From: the human T2T-CHM13v2.0 reference genome, Homo sapiens
NCBI RefSeq assembly: GCF_009914755.1
Contig: NC_060931.1
Length of the DNA: 64,000 nucleotides
Direction: 5' to 3' (one strand)
The translations under genes were made by a program, and so were the position numbers. A model generated the notes under the pieces. It made no database searches, was not told the DNA's origin, and worked only from the letters and a program-made list of their open reading frames with translations. Below are positions 57,351-64,000 of the stretch, one piece after another. Each line of letters starts with the position of its first letter. Within the stretch, counting starts at the first letter, position 1.

Positions 57351-59465
57351 TGTTATGGAACAGAACTGGGGTGCACTTGCCTGGTGCGGTAAGACCAGAT
57401 ATCTATACCAAGGTTTGCAGCAGTAGTAAGGATTTATTTTCAGGGTGCCAAGCAAAGAGAATCGGGCTGTTAATGCTTAAATCCCAACTTCTCTGATGGC
57501 TTATAGGTGAGGGCTTTTAAAAGCAGGGGTAAATTTTAGGAAAGCAGAAGTTACAGGCAAATTATGAATAAATTTGCATGGAGATTATACATTGATTTTG
57601 GTATAAATGGGCAGGATCTCTTGAAGCAGGGAGTTACAGATCATAGGAAGACTCAAAGACTTTTTGATTCTCAATTGGTTAAGGAAAAAAAGGGTTGTTT
57701 AAAAATTAAGTGTCAACAGAAAAGAATATTAGCTCTGGCTAGTGGATATGACTTTCTCCAGGCCCCTCAGGAAGAACTTTAAAACAAAGAAAAGTGGTCA
57801 TAGACCAGTCTTTAGTTCTCCCTTCACCTGAGGTCTACATGCCAGGGGATCCACTTGGTGGAGTTCTGGGTTTGTAAAAAACAACTCAGGGAACAGAGTA
57901 GAGAGCCCAAAAATAAGACCACACACCTATGACCACCTGATCTTCAACAAAGCTGACAAAAACAAGCAATGGATAAAAGATTCCCAATTCAAAGAATGGT
58001 GCTGGGATAACTGGCTAGTCGTATGCAGAAGACTGAAGCTGGGCCCCTTCCTTATACTATATACAAAAATTAACTCAAGACAGATTAAAGACTTAAATAT
58101 AAAACCCAAAACCATAAACACCCTGGAAGACAACCTAGCCAATACCATCCTGGACCTAGGAACGGGCAAAGACTTCATGACAAAGACACCAAAAGTAATC
58201 ACAACAAAAACAAAAATTGGTAAGTGGGATCTAGTTTAACTTAAGAGTTTCTGCACAGCAAAAGAAACTATGAACACAGTAAAGAGACAATCTACATAAT
58301 CAGAGAAAATATTTGCAATCTATGCATCTGACAAAAGTCTAATATCAAGAATCTATAAGAGACTTAAACAAATATACAAGAGAAAAACAACCCCATCAAA
58401 AAGTGGGCAAAGGACTTGAACAGTTTTTAAAAGAAGACATACATGTGACCAACAAACACATGAAAAAAAGCTCAATATCACTGATCACTAGAGAAATGCA
58501 AATCAAAACCACAATGAAATATCATCTCACACCAGTCACAATGGCTACTATTAAAAAGTCAAAAAATGAGAGATGCTGGCGAGGTTGCAGAGAAAAGAGA
58601 ACACACTGTTGGTTGGAGTGTAAATTACTTCAACCACTGTTGAAAGCAGTATGGTGATTCCTCAAAGAGCTAAAAGCAAGATTACCATTCAACCCAGCAA
58701 TCTCATACTGGGTATATACTCAGAGGAATATAAATAATTCTACCATAAAGACACATGCATACAAATATTCATTCCAGCACTATTCACAATAGCAAAAACA
58801 TGGAATCAACCTAAATGTCCATCAAAAATGGATCGGATAAAGAAAATGTGGTAAATATACACCATGGAGTACTACACAGCCATCAAAAAAAGAACGAGAT
58901 AATGTCTTTAGGGGGAACATGGATGGAGCTGGAGGCTATGATTTTTCAGCAAACACAGGAACAGAAAACCAAACACCACATATTCTCACTTATAAGTGGG
59001 AGCTAAATGATGAGAACTTATGAACACAATGAAGGAAACAACAGACACTGGGGTCTACTTGAGGGGGCCTGGGGGAGGAGGAGAGGAGGGAGAGAAGCAA
59101 AAAAGATAACTATTGGGTCCTGGACTTAATTCCTCGAAGATGAAATAATCTGTACAACAAACCCCCATGACATCAGTTTACCTGTGTAACAAACCTTCAC
59201 ATGTACCCCCGAACCTAAAATAAAAGTTAAAAAGAAATGACAATATATTTTATCTTTAGTTTCTATAACGAACAAAACATTTCCTGACTCTAACTTCCTT
59301 GGCTATTGTTTTAAGCTACTATTATCTTATTGCTTATCAAGTTGCTCACGGGGCTAGCTACGTAGCTGGAATTTCCCTTCAAGGAACTCAAGATTTGTGT
59401 TTATTTTCATGATAGGCCGAGAGGGGTTCCTGGCAAGCCCCTAAGAGGGGTTCCTACTCTGCTCA
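57351..59465 (-). mobile_element. ERV1 (MER4-group, MER31/MER67-like) LTR split by an L1 (pieces ~57351-57892 and ~59240-59465)
   Basis: 'tgttatggaacagaactggggtgcacttgcctggtg...ccaagcaaagagaatcgggc'; resumes 'tatctttagtttctata...cccctaagaggggttcctactctgctca'. Confidence 0.7.
57893..59235 (+). mobile_element. 5'-truncated L1PREC2/L1PA14-16-like LINE-1
   Basis: ORF2 end ([17 protein letters not shown]…RCWRGC); 3'UTR 'gagaacttatgaacacaatgaaggaaacaacagacactggggtctacttgaggg...aaaccttcacatgtacccccgaacctaaaataaaag'. Confidence 0.92.
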
Positions 59466-59719
59466 AAACATAGGTGATTTTTACCCCCAAAAAACTTCAA
59501 GTTATATTTTAGATTATACGTTAAATTGATATCTAACTCACAAACACCATCAAACATAATTTGTCTTCTGTTTGCTCCCAAGTTATAAATCTAAATTCAC
59601 AGCATAGATTTAGAATACTGGTAAGCTGCTATTAAATGACTGCAGATACTTGCTTGTATATCCCATATAATTTTATTTACCAAATAAGAGTTCAAACTAC
59701 TTTATATTTAGTGAAAGTT

Positions 59720-61370
59720 TGAAAATTAGCAAAAGAGAGATCAATGGACTAGATATTAAAGAAAATTCTCCAAGAAGAGGAAAGTTGATGTCAGATGGAT
59801 ATTTGGCTCTATAAAAAGGAATAAAAAGCAAGAGAGTATTCAAAATGTATGTGAATATATATTTTTAAATATCCTCATTTTTTTACAACCTGCGCTTGTA
59901 CCCCTGAACTTAAAAGTTAAAAAACAAAAACAAAAAATATTCCCATGGAGGAAGATGAAGAAATACATAAATGACCAACACTATCTTGTTTATAAGAAAT
60001 CCACTAAAGAAGACACAGGTTAAAAATGGAGGAATAGAAAGTGATATGCCACATAAACCTAATTATAAGAAAGCTGGAATGGTTATATCAGCGTCAGAAC
60101 AATGTACACTTCAGAACAACTAGGGATACAGAGAAACATAAAGGGTTTCTCATAAGGGGTCAATTTATCAGGAGTAAATAAACATTCTAAATGTATTAAT
60201 ATGCCACTGGTAAGTGCTTCAAAATATATGAGGCCAGAACTGAAAAAAATAAAAGGGAAGCAAATAAATCCAATGTTTTAAGTTGCAGAATTCAACGCTG
60301 CCCTTTCAGTAACTGACAATACAAGCAAACATAAAATCACCAAGGATGCATAAGGCTTGGACAAAACTGTCAACCACTTGAATCTGGTTCACATTTGTGG
60401 AACACTCCACCAAATAATAGCAGAATACACATTGTTTTCAAATGTGTATGGAAGAGTCATCACAATAGTCCATTGTAGGGGCCATAAAATGAGTCCCAAA
60501 ATTAAAAATGAATTAAATCTGACAACAATGGAATTAAAGTAAAAACCATTAATATAGAAAAGCCTTAAATATTTGGAAATTAAGTCACATAATTTTAAAT
60601 AATACCATTGAGTCTAAGAAGAAATGACAAAAGAAAATCAATGCATTGAACTGAAACATAATGAAAATACAACATGTCAACATTTGCTGAGTGAAGCTAT
60701 AGCAGTACTCACAGCTTTACTGGTGAATTCTATCAAATAGTTAAGAGATTAATATTACAAAAATATCTCAGAAAATACTGGAGTAGAAAAAACAACTTTC
60801 AATTTGTGATTCCAGCACTATCCTATAATCAAAACCATACAAAGATATTACAAGAAAGCAAGTTACAGACAATGGTATTTTTTAGCAACAGATACTAGGA
60901 ATGGAAAGTAGATTCTAGGAATAAAAAGAAACTTCTTCAAGATGATAAAGGACACCTATGAAAAAAATTAATGGTGAAAACCTGAATGTTTTCTCCTTAA
61001 AATCAGGAAAAAGTAAGGCTACTTACTCTTAACATATATTCCACACTGCAATGAAAGTCCTAGCCAGTGCAACAAAGGCAATAACTACAGAAAACTTCTA
61101 CAACCAGTAAGTGATTTTTACAAGATTGAGATGCAAAGAGAGTATCCAAAAGTTAAATGTGTTTAAGTATGCTAGCAACAAATAGTTGCCAAATAAAATG
61201 AAAACCAAAGTTAACAAAAGCATCCAAAATTTTAAAACTTACTAGAAAATTCAATAATGTTTACATATTAGTTCTCCCTTATCTACAGATTCAGGGCAGT
61301 TCCAGTCAAATTATCCAAATGATCAGTGAAATGATTTAAACTTTCATATCAAAATGAAAGAATTTAAGCC
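59720..61370 (+). mobile_element. Fragmented old L1M (ORF1 end/ORF2 pieces)
   Basis: Endonuclease-like ORF 60357-60542 (TLHQIIAEYTLFSNVYG); 'ctttactggtgaattctatcaaa'; 'tgaaagtcctagccagtgcaac'. Confidence 0.75.
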
Positions 61371-62851
61371 TTCAGTTTGTTCTACATAACTCAAAGTCAA
61401 TGATCTCCAGAATTGATATTCAAAGAGAGAAAATTTTAAATGCACAATAAAAAGGGCAGACAGAGAACAGCTTAACTGATGCCTCATTATCTTTTATCTA
61501 AAATGAAGGTAAGTTGTACAATTATCAAATTATTTTTATACACATGGCCTTTGCCCTAGCGCAGAAGAATCAAAGATTAATAGAACACTGTCCCTATCAA
61601 CAAGGAACTCACAGTCTGGTGGAAGAGTTGCTAATAGTCTAATGGAGGAATTTATTAAAGAGACATGACATGGAGAGTTTTTCTCCCTATTTATTGATTG
61701 TTATAACATGAAGAGTAATTTAGAAGAAGCCAAATGTGTTTTATATCTGGTACTCATTGGTCATTTGTTGAAGGAGCTCTTCTTTCCTCCATAGCTTCCT
61801 CTTCCAAGTTGACAAAGCAAAACTTCTTCAAGTTATGCATATTAATCTCCTCTTCCCAAACTCTTTTGATGTATGTCTTCTGAACTATGAGATTAACATA
61901 TTTTCCTATAATATTGAAGGGACATTATAAAAGATAAGTGACTCCTCTCACACTATGATGGGACAAGATCAAGTTTCTTTCATTAGCTTTAACAAAACAG
62001 CACACATTCTACTACTCTGTATGTTGATTTTATAGCAAGTGCTATCTTAGCACACCAATATCTAAAATCTCCTCTTACACCAAGAAACTGTCTTAAATAT
62101 TGCAACCTCCTTACACATAGAAACTTTCTTCTGTTTGTTTGCACCACATTGCCCAGTGAATAAGGACATGGTATCCATGCAATAAACACTTATTTTTTTG
62201 TATGTGGGTTAATAATATATGTAGAATTATTTTTAGGATTAATAATCTTTACTTCTTATTGTATATTCTAAGTGGTACCTTCTCACAAAGCCTATGTTAA
62301 TCTTCAGTCATTCCATTGGAAACATGTTACCTTTAGGGTAAATATACTGATTGCAAAGCAACATTTTCAGCTTGCCATTTTTTACCCCAAAAATAGCATT
62401 TCTGGCACCCAGCTTTAATCATGTGACTATTCAGTTTAGGCTTGTTCTATCAGGCAATACAGGGACAATAGATGCTATCTGGGAATGAAAATCAATAAAC
62501 CTATATTCCAGCTTCAGTTGCTTGCACCTCACTTTCCTATTTCATAAAAAAAATGGTAAGGTCATTGTCTCAACCAATCCACAGAACAAAGTGAGAATTT
62601 ACAATAATATTTTCTTATGGCTTAGGTGTTCCGGGAAAAGTGCCATGTGAACAGTTGGTATGCTTCGTCATCGTTGATTTCCAGAGAATAATAAGTGATC
62701 AATCATGTTTTATTCTAATATATATAATGATAGACAAGATAGCCCAGGTATTTTGCAAATATAAGGGAACAACACATCTTAAAGATTGTATGTTTCTAAA
62801 ATTCCATCAGGCATTCCAGTTCCTGGTGTAGATAGTAGCATTCATGAGAAC

Positions 62852-63146
62852 TTTTACTATTTTATTTTATTTTAGAGATGGGGTCTCACTATGTTGCACA
62901 GGCTGGAGTACAGTCGTGGGATCTCAACTTGCTGTAATCTCTGCCTCCTGGACTCAAGCAATCCTCCTACCTCAGCCTTCTGAGTAGCTGCGACCATAGG
63001 TGCTCACCACCATGCCCAGCTAATTTTTTGTATTTTTGGTAGAGACAAGGTTTCACCATGTTGTTCATGCTAGTCTTGAATTCCTGAGCTCAGAGATTCA
63101 CCCACCTTGGCTTCCCAAAGTGCTGGGATGAGCTACTGTGCCCAGC
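62852..63146 (-). mobile_element. AluJb-like
   Basis: 'gagatggggtctcactatgttgc...ggactcaagcaatcctcctacctcagcc...cccaaagtgctggga'; small deletion near the Alu 5' end. Confidence 0.92.
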
Positions 63147-63254
63147 TTCATGTGCTGTTTTAAAAAGAAACGTGGCTTCTCTTACTATTTCTTTTTCATG
63201 TCAAAGTTTTGCCACATAAAACTAATCTAAGAAAATGTAGTATATGTTGGTCCT

Positions 63255-63441
63255 AGGGCACCTATTTCAGGACTTTACTACACGTTGGAATAATCTGAAG
63301 ATCTATAAAAATATTGATGCCTTCCTAGCACTCCCAGATATTCTAATTTAACTGGCATGAGGTGAAAGCTGAATATTTGGATTTTTAAAAAGTGGTCCAT
63401 GTGATTCTAATATGCAGCCAACTTTCAAACTCACTATCCTA
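63255..63441. mobile_element. MER5A/B MITE
   Basis: 'cacgttggaataatctg...attgatgcc...cccagatattctaatttaa...atttttaaaa...gtgattctaatatgcagcca'. Confidence 0.75.
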
Positions 63442-64000
63442 AGCAGTTGCCTAATCACATTTAAGTCTTTTTTCTCAACTACCCCTTAGCTGCTGAAATT
63501 CATCAACTGAAATTCTGCTCCACCTAACCAAGATTTTAACTTTGTGAATACTTATTTTATTTAGAAATTGCAAGCCATCTGATTATGCATAACCTTTCTT
63601 GCTATGATGTGTTAAGTCTTAACATTTGGCTCTAATTAGCCTTACACAGCCCACAAATTCCAGGTGAAGCTCATTATTTTCCCTGCCCAAACTAGCCTTT
63701 TCAACGTTTTATAAGATTCAAAGATTTGATCTCTAATTTTCACATTTACCCAAAATTATTTTGTTCAATGAAGGGTCCTTCTTGTATGTAGAATGTCAGA
63801 GAGACATCACTCCCACTGAGGATATCACCTGGTTCTGTTTCCACAAGCTGTGCTTTACAAGGCGTCAAAAGCAACTGTGTGTGTCCCATTTCCTCTGGGC
63901 ACCAAAACTATCCTAATGAATTAATCTATTGTAAACCATTGTTTGAAAAACTCTTATGCCTGTGTCTTACTCAGCCTGAACCCTTTCCTTGGAATAACCT

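Noticed and set aside
61280-61515. Plus-strand acceptor (tatctacag) and donor (aag/gtaagt) pair; similar isolated sites at 5850 and 23221
   Set aside because: Isolated motifs, partly within old repeats, with no coding signal; expected by chance at this density.

Overview
AT-rich, CpG-depleted primate genomic DNA, almost certainly human because it contains an AluYa5. It looks like deep intron or intergenic sequence, and I cannot name the locus. No host protein-coding gene, structural RNA gene or CpG island can be supported: the long ORFs are L1/Alu-derived or chance. Much of the window is nested mobile-element fossils: L1s of many ages (L1PA3, PA4, PA5/6, a near full-length L1PA13-16-type element, L1PREC2-like, L1MA, L1M), nine Alus, ERV1 solo LTRs, MaLR LTRs, an ERV-L pol remnant, L2, MIR, L3/CR1, MER5/MER33 and a Ricksha terminus. 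Subfamily names come from recalled consensus sequences and need RepeatMasker/Dfam confirmation. I found no convincing new biological system. The best leads are: (1) two inverted L1s about 39 kb apart that share three non-consensus substitutions, suggesting ectopic gene conversion; (2) a decayed coding-like fossil at 27.35-28.26 kb resembling an ancient LINE ORF2 C-terminus; (3) a stacked minus-strand splice-signal cluster at 43.75-43.87 kb; (4) a perfect 15-bp hairpin; (5) an AluYa5 with an older-Alu-like patch; (6) several repair or truncation scars.
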